Origin: Octopus sinensis
Taxonomy: Eukaryota
Assembly (NCBI RefSeq): GCF_006345805.1
Contig: NC_043001.1
Span: 31,620,001 to 31,684,000 of the forward strand
Direction of reading: 5' to 3'
Length of the DNA stretch: 64,000 nt
Numbering within the stretch: position 1 is the stretch's first letter; every line of letters starts with the position of its first letter. Shown piece after piece: positions 41,699 through 53,574 of this stretch. A program made the translations under genes and the position numbers. The notes beneath the pieces are model-generated. The model was given only the letters and a program-made list of their open reading frames with translations. It was not told where the DNA came from and did not search any database.

Positions 41699-43539
41699 CT
41701 ATAATGTAACAGGTTTAAGAAACACGACTTCTAATTGGATTTGTTAATTTCCTAACTACTCTGTTCCTGAAGATCAATTTACTTAATTTTTGTCATCCTG
41801 TATGTAATCATCATCATCATCATTTAGCGTCCGCTTTCCATGCTAGCATGGGTTGGACGGGTCAACTGGGGTCTGTGAAGCTGGAAGGCTTCGTCAGGCC
41901 CAGTCAGATCTGGCAGTGTTTCTACGGCTGGATGCCCTTCCTAACGCCAAGATATATATAAAATATCACTGGTCAGATAAATTCCTGCCAGATTTATAAT
42001 CCTGGCATTAACAATTATTTACATAAGTATTTTAAAATGCACTATTGATAGAGATATATGATAAGAAAAAATGTTTAAAATTTTGTAGATTTATGGTAAG
42101 TAAAGTTCCCCGAGTCCTGTTAGCATCTGCAATTACCAAAAAGGTAACATGCTTAGGTACTCTGGTAAATGAGGTCAAATGAACATTGAAACAATTATGA
42201 TCATAATATCAAGTGAACACTAAAACGACTATGATGGTGATGGTGATGATAATGTACACGCATTTTTACTCGATTCCTAAATGACTCACTCTAACGAGAA
42301 ACTTAATTTAAAATGAACTTAATATTAAAAAATACCCACAGTGTATATATATGGTGTATGGATTTTTGAACATCTGTTAAAGAAGTTAATTTTGTTTTTG
42401 AAACCAGTCTCTACATGCATCCCAACGTCTGGCATATTACTTGGAGTAGTTTTAAGTAGCCAAGCTGAAATTAGTATTTGTACAATCAACAAATACGCAT
42501 CAGTAGATGTAAAATGGGGTGAATTCTAAAGTCAGTTACTTAGAAAAAGGTTAAAGCACTAATTTTACCTTATAAAAATAAGGTAAATAAATGAAATGAG
42601 GTAAGGAAAATAATTGAGTTAGGGCAACAGATAGAAGTTAAGGGGTGATGTGCAGAGAAGCATATGCAGAAAACTCTTAGTTGATTGAAAATTTCCTAAA
42701 TCTATCAGTTTTCAAGTCAAAATTAAAGGAAGGAAAACTCCCAATCAAATGCAGTTATTAACGAACTTTTTATGTTAAGCAGATTAGAATTTATCAATAA
42801 ATTTTTACTCTGGATATGTTAACATATTAAATGTAAAAATAAATAAAATAAATGAAAAAAAATAAAATGGTGAGATATAATTTACAAAGTATTCTAAAAT
42901 CTGGTCCAATTAAAATTTTGAATTGAAAGTATTTTGGTAGAAATGGTATGAATATAATAACACAGCAAATGAAGGCAGGAGGTGAACAGAGAAACTTGTA
43001 CAAGAGCTTATTCATTTCTTGATATATATAATAAAAAAAAAGGTGGGGGCAGAAAATAAATTAGAAATTTTGATACTACTGAAATTCTGGGTTGTGGAAA
43101 CTTAATGAGGAATATATATATATATATATGTTATATCGGATCTGCCGGAAAATTTGAAGAATACTGAAGAACTTTGATTAGTAAGTAATACATTCAGGGA
43201 GAGATAAAGCAAGGACAAATGCTGAAAAAGCACGAACGAAATGTTGCCAAATATTCGTAGAAAAAAAAAAGAAGAAAATTAAAAAAAAATATATGGTTTT
43301 ATTGAGTCGACTGTTAAGATCTAATATTGAATCAAATATGCTGCTGAAATATAGCATGTCCTACATTAGCATACATTTGCATACACCTTGGATCTCTGGA
43401 AGAGTTGGAGAGAGAGACAGACAGAGAGAGAGGACCAACTAGATAAATAATAGCTGTAGCTTCCATCATGTGAGCTGCTGACAGCAGGTACCCAGAGTTA
43501 TTACAGCTATGACAACAAGCCTAGTGTTGGTAGCAGCTG

Positions 43540-43630
43540 GAAGCGGGCAACATGTCACCAAGCGATGCTGACGGGCAACCAATCTGATTGGCTGCTCGGC
43601 TGTTGCTATGTTGAGATTGATTGGTTGTTC
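43540..43630 (-). promoter_or_regulatory. CCAAT-box cluster, putative promoter
   Basis: CCAATC-T-GATTGG palindrome at 43579-43591, a third box ATTGG at 43620-43624 (33 bp from the 43587 box), and GTTGCTATG and GGCAAC RFX-like half-sites. It sits at the CpG transition. Confidence 0.55.
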
Positions 43631-43754
43631 TATGCAGTGGTTACAAAAGAAAAGTATTACATGCATCTCGCTGGCATCGCCGCCGTCGCTGCTACCACAT
43701 TCCAACAGTTCCAGCCATCTCGCACCGGTATTAGATAGAAGCGATGGAGGAAGG

Positions 43755-43791
<37 letters not shown>

Positions 43792-44469
43792 GCTTTTATA
43801 TCATCTTAAATTTATATACATATGAGAGAGAAGAATACAGGATGGAGTGGAGGGGGGGGGAATCACCATAATAGCAAATCTTCCACGAACAGAACAAGAG
43901 TGCAAAAAGCAGGTATTCCACATTACTACATTAGTTATTTAATAACGCTCCCCGACTCCACCGAATTTTACACTATTTTCACGTTATAAAACATCAGTAT
44001 AACTATTTTAGAAAGAGCAACTTACTTTCATCACTTCATTCTCGTTTCAGTTTTGGAAACGGCATCCTCCACCCGACCCCCACCTCCAGAAAACCATAAA
44101 ACAATGGGAATAGATCAGGATGAAAAAAAAAAACAATACAAAACAAACTAAGATATGCTTATTCAGTAATCATGAAATTTTGCAATTTACGTTACGTATA
44201 TTATTATTTTTGTGTCCATAAAATCGAACTATCAGTCAACGAAGCGTTATATTAAGCACAAGGGGTTTACATTAAAGCATTATGGATAATACACGACAAA
44301 ACAAAGAATGTATGTATGTATGTGTTGCGAGGGTTTGGCGTGTAAAGAAGACTAACAACAGCATAAAATAATAAGAATACCAATAATAATAATAATAAAA
44401 CGCACAGAAAAGAAAGAAAACAGCAACACACAAAAATGGAGATAGAAACAAAAGCAGACAGGAATAGCG

Positions 44470-44645
44470 CCCTTCCGACACCGGAAATCCATCTAATTAA
44501 CAAGCGCGGAATATAGGAGACAGAACATTAAATTATTAAGCATATATATATTTAAATGTTTCCTTTCGTTCAACGTTAGTACTGGAAAGGAAGTCAGAAA
44601 TGTTTTAGGGGGGGGGGGTCATTTGGAACGTTTTCCGGAAAAATA
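44470..44645. promoter_or_regulatory. ETS-like CCGGAA motifs in a CpG-rich patch
   Basis: ccggaaat at 44481 and the palindrome TTTTCCGGAAAA at 44631-44642. Confidence 0.25.
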
Positions 44646-45668
44646 CACTTACTTGTCCGTACAGAGTATAACATTTTTTTTTAAGGGTCACAGTGCAGTT
44701 ACCATCTTTACCACCGAGAAAGTAATGTCTTTCAGAATAACTTAGCAGAGGTGGAAACAAGCGGGTTTACCACCCCCCAACCTGCCTCAACCTCGCCCAA
44801 TAAAAAAAAAAGCGAAGTGCGCCGAGTTAGCTTGTTGCTAACCTGGAGTTTGTATACAAATCACACGTGACAGAGTCAAGCAAGCAACACTAGCCCTTTT
44901 CTAATTTCTAACCACTTTCAGCAGTTTATTCGAATTGAACTTGTTGCGTATGTAAGAAGTTCTTTATGCACTTAGCAGAATTATAGGCTTGAAATAACGA
45001 ACGATAGATCGGCGAGTAGTAAATTGGGATAGCCACAATAAAACAACGAAAAGCTGAATATTTAATACAGTTAACCTTCTACCAAGTCTAGAAATTACAA
45101 AAGCAAGAGGAAATCCAATAAATATAGCGATAACTATCACTTCAGAGGTCGAGATAGTAGTTAAAATGAGGTTATTAAGGATTTAATGAAGATGGTATGA
45201 AAAAGTATGCTGAATAATTATTTTAAGCTTAATGGGATTAAAAAAGAAAAAGGAAAAAGTGGTTTCAAAAATTAAAATAGTCTTAACGAGAAAGGGACAA
45301 CGAGAGAGAGAGCAAGATTTTAGCATACTTTGTGTAGGGAGAGTATCTAATAAAACGAACAGCAGCAGAGTGAAAAGGAGAGAGAGGGGGAAAAAAAAAA
45401 AAGAGACAGAGAACTTCCCCCCTCCTCTCTCGCACAACCATAACAAAAACTGAAGCTACCAAATATAACCAAACCTTAATAATACAAACAGATGAAATAA
45501 GGAGCAAAGAAAATTGCGGTGGGCGAGGGTGAAGAAGAAGATGATGGAGGGAAGTCGGAGGAGTTGGAGTGTCTGCTATTCCGAAAGCGACAAGATGGTA
45601 CACATTATTATAAGAAGAGAACGGCGGCGATGGCGGAAGCGGCGGATGAGGATAATCAGCTGACGTAC

Positions 45669-45720
45669 CTCCGGACAACAGCAGATACAGCAGCCATTTT
45701 CTGTTCAAATTACCGACATA
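45669..45720 (-). CDS. Candidate short exon of an unidentified gene
   Basis: Acceptor tttttcccccctcctcgcaccgtag| and donor GGAG|gtacgt. It contains aaaATGGCTGC at 45697 (MAAVSAVVR) and is also open in phase 0 (YVGNLNRKWLLYLLLSG). No homology recognised. Confidence 0.4.
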
Positions 45721-46583
45721 CTACGGTGCGAGGAGGGGGGAAAAACCTCACACACAGATAGACTTTCTACAAAAACACACAAAAGTAAGAAGACCATTAC
45801 GGATGACTGACTGCTTGTCAACAACTTGGGGAAATAATTCTGCACCACAACATTGGCGAATGAATTAAAAACGCGCACACACACACACACACAATTCTTT
45901 CGTAAAGAATTGCATTACAGCTATTAAGGTAGTTTGAATTCAAGTTATCAATGCCAAGTTTAGTCACATTATTATAATAAATACGAACTATATAAACCTT
46001 GGAGAAACAAAAAAACGAAAGAAATTTAACAAGTTATCTTTTCATTTATTTAACAGAAAAAAAACTATAATTTTAGAGTTAAAACACACAAAGAAAAAAG
46101 AAAAAAAGCAACAAGTACGATAGAGACATTTCTTTTCTCTTTCCAAAATCAGATTCCTAAAATTTTCTCCCAACAACACCTCCGCAAATAGCAGTCTTTG
46201 GAAGGACGGAGAATTTGAAATTTCAAAGAATTTAGCCACAATTAAATCGACTGAGCACACAACATACACACACATACATACATACGCACAGCTGCGAGTG
46301 CCTCTTGCTGATGTGTAAGGTGTATAAACCGGTAGGAAAGGTTGTGTTTATATACTGATACAAATTTATGTAACCTATTGATCACAGTGTGCTAGATTCT
46401 GAGAAACCAGTCACGAGTTGTGCTCCCCCCCTTCTCTCTCTCTGCACAGTCTTCTCTCTCTTTGCACAGTTCTCTCTAAATTTAACAAAACACAGTGTTT
46501 CACTTAGCTATATCGCACTCCTCACCTTCTTCTCTCTTATATATTTATCTGACTGCTGCCTCCCACATTTACTGCCTTCTCAC

Positions 46584-46618
46584 CCTCAAACATGCGGTTT
46601 CTATGTCAAGCCAAACTT
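46584..46618 (-). CDS. Candidate 35-nt exon
   Basis: Acceptor acttactcggtttttgcag| and donor GAGG|gtgaga. The single open frame (xVWLDIETACLR) ends in phase 0. Confidence 0.3.
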
Positions 46619-47227
46619 CTGCAAAAACCGAGTAAGTCTATTTAAGAAAATATTAAATGAAAATAAGTAAAAACCGGCTTCAAACAACAAAATGTGATTT
46701 CGTCAGTAGAGTTCTATGCTCTCTTCACAGCATGTTATTTCTTCCGTAACACGAAAGACAAAGAGGAATAGAGAGGCAAACTGGTAGCATCAAAGATGGA
46801 AGCGAGAGAGAGAGAAAGAAGGAGAGAGAGAGGTGGGTTGTGTAAAAGACTCAAGTTGATTTTTGCAAAAATTAAACGTCAAATAATGCCGAAACTTTAC
46901 AAAAGAATATCATGCACTGAAATTATTTTGTTTTACCCTCGAAAATAAACTGCTTGCATTCGACTTGATTTAACTTATTTTCGAGTAACCTAATGTATAA
47001 TCATTATATTGAATAATCTGGTTCTGGAAGAAAAGAAGTAACCTTGATTGGGTAGGGCATTATAAACCGGTTGCCTTTTCAACTATTCATAAGAACACAC
47101 ACACACGTGTATATCTGTATATATATATGTGTGTGTGTGTGTATAAGCATACGAGCAAATGTCTATCGTCTGTATATGTATGAGATGTCTGGTTGTGGCA
47201 GGGTAGGCAGTGCCTCCTACCCGACTA

Positions 47228-47630
47228 CTCCTTTACTTGTTTCAGTCATTTGACTGTGATCATGCTGGAGCACCGCCTTTTAGTCGAGGAAATCGACTCC
47301 AGGACTTATTCTTTGTAAGCCTAGTACTTCTTCCATCGGTCTCTTTCGCCGAACCACTAAGTTACGGGGACGTAAACACACCAGCATCGGTTGTCAAGCG
47401 ATGGTCGGGGGAGAAACACAGACACACAAACATACACACACATATATATATATATAAATATACATATATACGACGGGCTTCGTTCAATTTCCATCTACCA
47501 AATCCACTCACAAGGCTTTGGTCGGCCCGAGGCTATAGTAGAAGACACTTGCCCAAAGTGCCACGCAGTGGAACTGAAACCAGAACCATGTGGTTGGTGA
47601 GCAAGCTACTTACCACGCAGCCACTCCTAC
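47228..47630 (-). mobile_element. SINE family A, full length
   Basis: Reverse complement of family A with CpGs retained. Confidence 0.9.
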
Positions 47631-48565
47631 GACTAAATAATATTAATAAAAAAAATAAATAAATGAGTTTCAATTTGTTATGAAAATGTCTAATCCAGTT
47701 CATGAAATTCAGTGTATAAATTTAATAAGTGGTTCACTATTTTTATGTTAGCAAACCTTTTTTCAACCAACCCCAAATGAAACAAACATAAAACTGAACA
47801 AGATGATATATGCTTGCGCTCAATGTCATTACAAAGAGAGGTGTGTACTGTTTTACCAAAAATCAGTCCTGATTGAGCAACTCGATGACTAAATGCATTC
47901 CAGCCGTGCCAATCCCGACTTCTAGTAATAGCATAACTTGCATTGCACTGACCAATATAATAAAAAAAAGATTACATTCCTTTCTAAGGCAGTGTGGTGA
48001 AATCGAAGGGGATTTGGTTGCTATTTCTAGTATATCGAAAGGCCGTCTAGTAGCCCATGGTCAACTCTGAGCAAGTTGCCGGCCAAACGACGAAGTGCAA
48101 CCCACAGATCCACCTTGCCATTTATATCAGGTTTCCGCTTAGTTGAGGACCAGAACTACACAATCCAACATGCAGTGGTAAATAACTGTATGGAGTCTTA
48201 TCACACTGCCCTTTCCCTGCTGGCAATTCTAGTTCTGTACTCTCATAGAATCTGTTAGTGGCGACAGAGGAGGTGGGCAATGTGTCCTTTGTCACAGCTC
48301 AGTCGTTACTGTTCCTCTGGAGACACTGTTGATGGTGCGCATCCCAGTAGTAGTTTATGGAGGCGAGTGAGGCTACTAAAGTTGCAATTAGTTTTGTGTA
48401 AGTGTCCGGGTTGAATAAGAAAGAACAGTGCTTTCAGGATGTTTTAGTAGTGCTCTGCTGTGTTGTACACGTGTTCCCGGTGACTGAGCTGAATTTCAGA
48501 GATTTTGTTGCGAATCTATCTATATCAGTCATGATCAAACTGCAGCCCACAAGACTTTTACTGAA

Positions 48566-48716
48566 GGATCTTTTCGGTTTGAACGGCAGTTTTTAACATA
48601 GTTTCTAACCCTAAAAGAAATTGAAATGCAATAAATCGATTCTAGGGTCATAATTATGGCTGACAATTTCATATGACACCTGCTAGAAAAAACTGCTGTT
48701 CAAACCGAAAAGATCC
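48566..48716. mobile_element. Merlin-like MITE, internally deleted, inverted relative to the other three copies
   Basis: TIR GGATCTTTTCGGTTTGAACGGCAG at both ends; 8-bp TSD ttactgaa / gtactgaa. Confidence 0.8.
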
Positions 48717-49662
48717 GTACTGAATAGCACGCCAACGAAAAATTACACTGAATTTTTTTTTCAAGTAGTGCCGCTCGTCTGATGCATATGAACCATACCT
48801 CATGCGACCAACTTCTCGAAAAAGTTTGCACTTGCCGGATGTATGCAATAGTAAAACACACGCACACATATATGTATATATATACGCGTGTCTAAATACA
48901 ACGATATAAAAATACAAATATATAATATCTATCATGTTTTATTAGTTTTGAGTAAATATTTCTTTTCGCTGTCAAACTATTTCTGAAAAAATGTCTCATA
49001 GCGATAAGGTCATTTGTTGACAATTTTCTTAATGCCTACTGCCTATCACGAGTATTTACTCACGGCACGTGTCTGATTATAACTCTGTATTCACGAGACG
49101 ATATATTTATTTATAAAATCCCCAAAAGGTGAAACATGTCATGAGAATAAAATATAACGTTTCAGATATGTTTCTAGAAAGCTTTTCATTCAACGTGCAG
49201 GGCCTTGCAACGCATACGTCGGGCACCTTACCAACACATCTTAACACACTTCTGAATTAACTCTATCAGATACAGCTCCACCGCTTAGATATGTAATTGT
49301 TATATTAGCTGTATTTCGTCACAAGATATTTCAGACTGATTAGGTTCATACACTCATATTGCAAAAGCCGAAAAAGTAACTGAAGGCCTGATTAGTGGGC
49401 AGGGATGCAGCCGACTGAAAGAGATGTACTCTTGTATCTACTTTGAACCATACATTTGGTTGGTGTGTCCATATAGGTAGAGAAAGAGAGACTAAGAATG
49501 AAATTGTGGTTATAAGCTAATGATTTGTTTTTAAAGGCAGATGAAGTGTGCGTGTAAACCAGTCCAACTTCCTGTACACAATGGCTAATATGGTGTAGAA
49601 TATGGTGATTTGAACTCTCTCCATATATGACATTAGTCTTCAGTATGAACGGTATCAACCAG

Positions 49663-50077
49663 GCGACGAGCTGGTAGAAACGTTAGCACGCCGGGCGAAA
49701 TGCTTAGCGGTATTTCGTCTGCCGCTACGTTCTGAGTTCAAATTCCGCCGAGGTCGACTTTGCCTTTCATCCTTTCGGAGTCGATTAAATTAAGTACCAG
49801 TTACGCACTGGGGTCGATGTAATCGACTTAATCCCTATGTCTGTCCTTGTTTGTCCCCTCTGTGTTTAGCCCCTTGTGGGTAATAAAGAATTAGGTATTT
49901 CGCCTGCCGCTACGTTCTGAGTTCAAATTCCGCCGAGGTCGACTTTGCCTTTCATCCTTTCGGGGTCGATTAAATAAGTACCAGTTACGCACTGGGGTCG
50001 ATATAATCGACTTAATCCATTTGTCTGTCCTTGTTTGTCCTCTCTTTGTTTAGCCCCTTGTGGGTAGTAAAGAAATA
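49663..50077 (+). mobile_element. Family C copy with a tandemly duplicated ~195-bp internal unit
   Basis: Two units begin gtatttcg..gccgctacg (~49710 and ~49895); 12-bp TSD ggtatcaaccag (49651-49662 / 50078-50089). Confidence 0.9.
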
Positions 50078-50769
50078 GGTATCAACCAGATTCACGAGAA
50101 ACACTTTGCACATATTCAAAACGTACTTATGTTGCCGGAATAAAAAGGTGTATTGTCAAAAGGATAATAGCGGAGGCGAAAAAGACTGACTGGGTAAGTT
50201 ATTGAAGAACCAACTTATGAGTAATGAGCTAAAATCAGCTGAAGAAGTTTCTTTTGTGTTTATGGGAAAAACATACTGTATTGGCTATTGCATCAGCTCA
50301 CTTAGTTGTCCCGAATAAAAATAGCAGCTTGATTATCAGGGAATATTACCTGCAACAAAGGTTAGCACACCGGGCAAAATGCTTGGAGGCATTTCGTTCG
50401 TTTTCACGTTCCGGGTTCAAATTTGGCCGAGGTCGAATTTGCCTTTCATCGTCCCGGGGTCGATAAAATAAAGTACTAGAGGACTATTGGCGTAAATGTA
50501 ATCGACTTTCCCCCCCACCCGAACTTGCTGGCCTTGTACCAAAATTTGAAACTAATGTTACCAGCAATAGTTGACCTCTTCTCATTGGTAGGGTTGCCCT
50601 CTGGATGGTTTCTTCTCTCAGTTTTGGATAAAAAGACAAAGGCTGAATTTTTGAAACGGTCAGCTTGACCCAGAGAATGAAGTTTTGATACAAGATACTA
50701 TTTCAGAAATTGTCATGTAGTTCAAAAAATTCGAAACAGCCGAAAATTATAAATGGAAGGAAAGAATTA

Positions 50770-51187
50770 AAATGACTAATAATAATCTTTTCTACTCTAG
50801 GCACAAGGCCCGAAATTTTTGGGGAGGGGGCCAGTCGATTAGATCGACCTCAGTACGCAAGTGGTACTTAATTTATCGACCCGAAAGGATTAAAGGCAAA
50901 GTCGACCTCGGCGGAATTTGAACTCAGAATGTAAAGACAGACGAAATACCTATTTCTTTACTACCCACAAGGGGCTAAACACAGAGGGGACAAACAAGGA
51001 CAGACAAACGGATTAGGTCGATTACATCGACCCCCCCAGTGCGTAACCGGTACTTAATTTATCGACCCTGAAAGGATGAAAGGCAAAGTCGACCTCGGCG
51101 GAATTTGAACTCAGAACCTAACGACAGACGAAATACGGGTACGCATTTCGCCCGGCGTGCTAACGATTCTGCCAGCTCGCTGCCTTA
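50770..51187 (-). mobile_element. Family C copy with two internal units, inverted relative to 49663-50077
   Basis: Reverse complement shows the same head and two units, followed by the 3' tail and (ATT)n. Confidence 0.9.
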
Positions 51188-52047
51188 GAATGATTAATAA
51201 TAATAATAAAAACAATCATGTCTCATCGTCGTTTGTTAGTTCACGATGCTACAGGATTCATGTCTCTGTTTTAACAGATACAAGGCCTGGCAGGGTAAGA
51301 GAACACTCGATTACACACTGCTGATCCACCATCCAAAATAGTTGTTTCTAATATAGGCAGAGGGTCTAAAATTGGAAGTGGGGAAGGTTAGTCGATTAAA
51401 CCCACTCCGATGCAGAGAAAGAAGGTTGACCTCGGCAGGATTTGAACTCAGAACATAAAGACTTTGAAGAAATGCTTTACAATATTTAATTTGGCTCATG
51501 TATATTATGAGTTGAAATCATACCAGAATCGATTTTGAATTTCATCAGTGCAGTACAGGGGAAGGGTCGATAAAATCGACCACCTTCTTTCACCTATAAA
51601 TGTTGTGGCCTTGCAGCGTCGTAAAGAAAGAACATTATCATCATTATTGGAAGAGGGGAAAGGATCAGTGGATGGTAGAATACAGTGTTTAGCTACGTTC
51701 TATTATTTACCGGGTTCGAACATATTCTACTGAGGTCAAGTCTCCCTTCCATCCCTCCATCCTTTTGTACATCCATGTACAAATATATTTGATGGCGTAT
51801 AAGACTAACCGTTTTTTTTTTTTTCGAAAAAAGATCTTTCGTCCGTCTTTACATTCTGAATTTAAATTCAGACGAAGTCGACAAAATAAGTACCAGTTGG
51901 GCACTGGGGGTCAATGTAATCGACTAGACGTCTCCCCACAAAATTTGAAACCAGTATGAAAGGATTGAATATGTTGTAGGATATGTCAGCATCACTTGTC
52001 ATCATTTTGGGATCGATAAGGGAAGTAGCAGTCCAAGGTAGCGGATT

Positions 52048-52390
52048 CTGAGACCTCCTTTGGTCACGACACAGGCCATGGGATTGCACCTAGAAAGTTA
52101 CTCTCCCAGGCACAAGTCCGGGCAAGGTTGTTTATGGAAGACCAGCAGTCGCCCATGCATACCGGCCTCCCCTCTCCACGCCACCAGTGTTATCCAAGGG
52201 AATTGCAAAGGCCGATATTGCTTGGCACCTGTAACGTCGCAACTCATTTATACAGCCGAGTGAACTGGAGCAACCGTGAAATAAAGTGTCTTGCTCAAGA
52301 ACACAACACGCAGCCCGGTCCGGGATTCGAGCTCACAACCGCACGATCGTAAGCTCGACGCTCTAACCACTGAGCCATGCGCCTTCACAT
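52048..52390 (-). mobile_element. tRNA-derived SINE with a family-B-like head and a different 3' tail
   Basis: Head gtgaaggcgcatggctcagtggttagagc; 11-bp TSD ggtagcggatt (52037-52047 / 52391-52401). Confidence 0.85.
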
Positions 52391-52606
52391 GGTAGCGGAT
52401 TGGTGGAAAGTTAGAGCGCAGGACAAGATACTATGTTTGACTCTTTGCGTTCGAAGCTGCAAAAAACGGAGAGAGGTTAGGAGAAATCCTTAAGTAAGAG
52501 CCTAAATGATCACCTTCAATACGAGAAAAATTTCATCTTCTGTGCACTAATGAAAAATCACACACACAGCTTTTTGAGAATGCAATCAGGCCGATTTTTT
52601 TTAGGT

Positions 52607-52610
<4 letters not shown>

Positions 52611-52672
<62 letters not shown>
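52611..52672. repeat. (TA)31 microsatellite
   Basis: Direct reading. Shorter (TA)n tracts lie at ~16753-16786 and 35737-35766. Confidence 0.95.
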
Positions 52673-52676
<4 letters not shown>

Positions 52677-53484
52677 CACACACACACAAAGCTTGAATGA
52701 GTTTGACTTTGTTGATGAGCTTCGCTCTAGTATAACTAGAACCCAAAGAGAAGAAATTCAAATTCCAAAGAAAATTAAAACCTAATTTTACACACCATTC
52801 TATTTCGCGCGAGCGCGGATGTGTGTAGGAGTAAGCAAATTCGATGTTGTGTTCATTTGGCATGCAGCTGAAAATTCTGCCCGTGCTTATGCACCAGAGA
52901 CACATGTGTCCCAGTATATACTTTAATGCCTCTAGTTGTTTTAATCCAATTAGCCTCTCTTTCTGTGCGAGCGTGTGTGTGTTATCGACCGCACAGACTT
53001 AACGCATGTGTTCTGCTTGTTCACTGGTCCGCTGTCGTACAACGGTCTGGGGACGACTCCCCCAAAGCAATTGGTGTTACAACACCTGAAAGTCATAGAC
53101 GAGAGAGACAACTCTCCCCTAGTCCCATCTAGGAGCGATGGATACCGATATTTCGTAATTTTCGTGGCTTAACGTTTTGTGCCAGAATCGAACAGAGGGC
53201 GAACTGAACCGCCAGTCAATGACTTTATACAAATAGAGTAAGAACCATCTGCTGGTACGTCACGACGATGCATGATCTCACAAGTCAATCTTTCAAGCAG
53301 AATCTGTGCGATGAGGCTGGCTCTTTGAATTACACGTACAATCCATCTCATGAACTTCAGCAAAGTTTCTGTCATTCCAATTTCATTCATAAAGCTTGGT
53401 TAGACACTTGGCCAAAGTGACGTAAACGTTCACGACTTGGGACAATTTTGAAAGAGAGACTGCGAGATACGATAAAACGAGATG

Positions 53485-53518
<34 letters not shown>

Positions 53519-53530
53519 GAAAGAGAGAGA
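53485..53530. repeat. (GA)n microsatellite
   Basis: Direct reading. Others lie at 9232-9260, 43757-43786, 55418-55437 and 63858-63873. Confidence 0.9.
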
Positions 53531-53574
53531 AGAAAGTGACAAGCGGTGAATCGAGTCGACGTAAAGAGAAGTCA

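Noticed and set aside
428-42095. Numerous apparent microexons, e.g. 428-447(+), 985-994(+), 11822-11850(-), 15117-15176(-), 16603-16629(+) and 42089-42095(+)
   Set aside because: AG...GT(A/G)AG pairs are expected by chance in 40 kb of AT-rich DNA. They occur on both strands and no coherent protein could be assembled without cherry-picking.
45690-45720. YVGNL as an RRM RNP-2 motif
   Set aside because: The following residues are too few and do not fit RRM helix spacing; likely coincidence.
45519-45761. Plus-strand ORF containing MAEAADEDNQ... with a good Kozak context
   Set aside because: No convincing donor, no recognisable homology, and the local T/A skew and splice signals favour the minus strand. 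It is not fully excluded.
46592-46631. Plus-strand first exon (MRFLCQAKLLQKP or MSSQTSAKT) ending at ccga|gtaagt
   Set aside because: The donor is the antisense of the minus-strand acceptor region, and no downstream plus-strand exon was found. RNA data would be needed.
6903-52352. Recurrent ORF-track peptides such as LPNPLTRLWLAR.., GTEPGTMWLVSKLL.. and FLQLDALPNANH..
   Set aside because: These are translations of SINE families A and D, not genes.
15984-52390. tRNA-like heads of SINEs as tRNA genes
   Set aside because: They have A/B boxes but no complete cloverleaf, and each is followed by a SINE body, tail and TSD.
53255-53280. bantam-like seed (TGAGATCA) on the minus strand
   Set aside because: The rest of the mature sequence does not match, and no precursor hairpin is evident.
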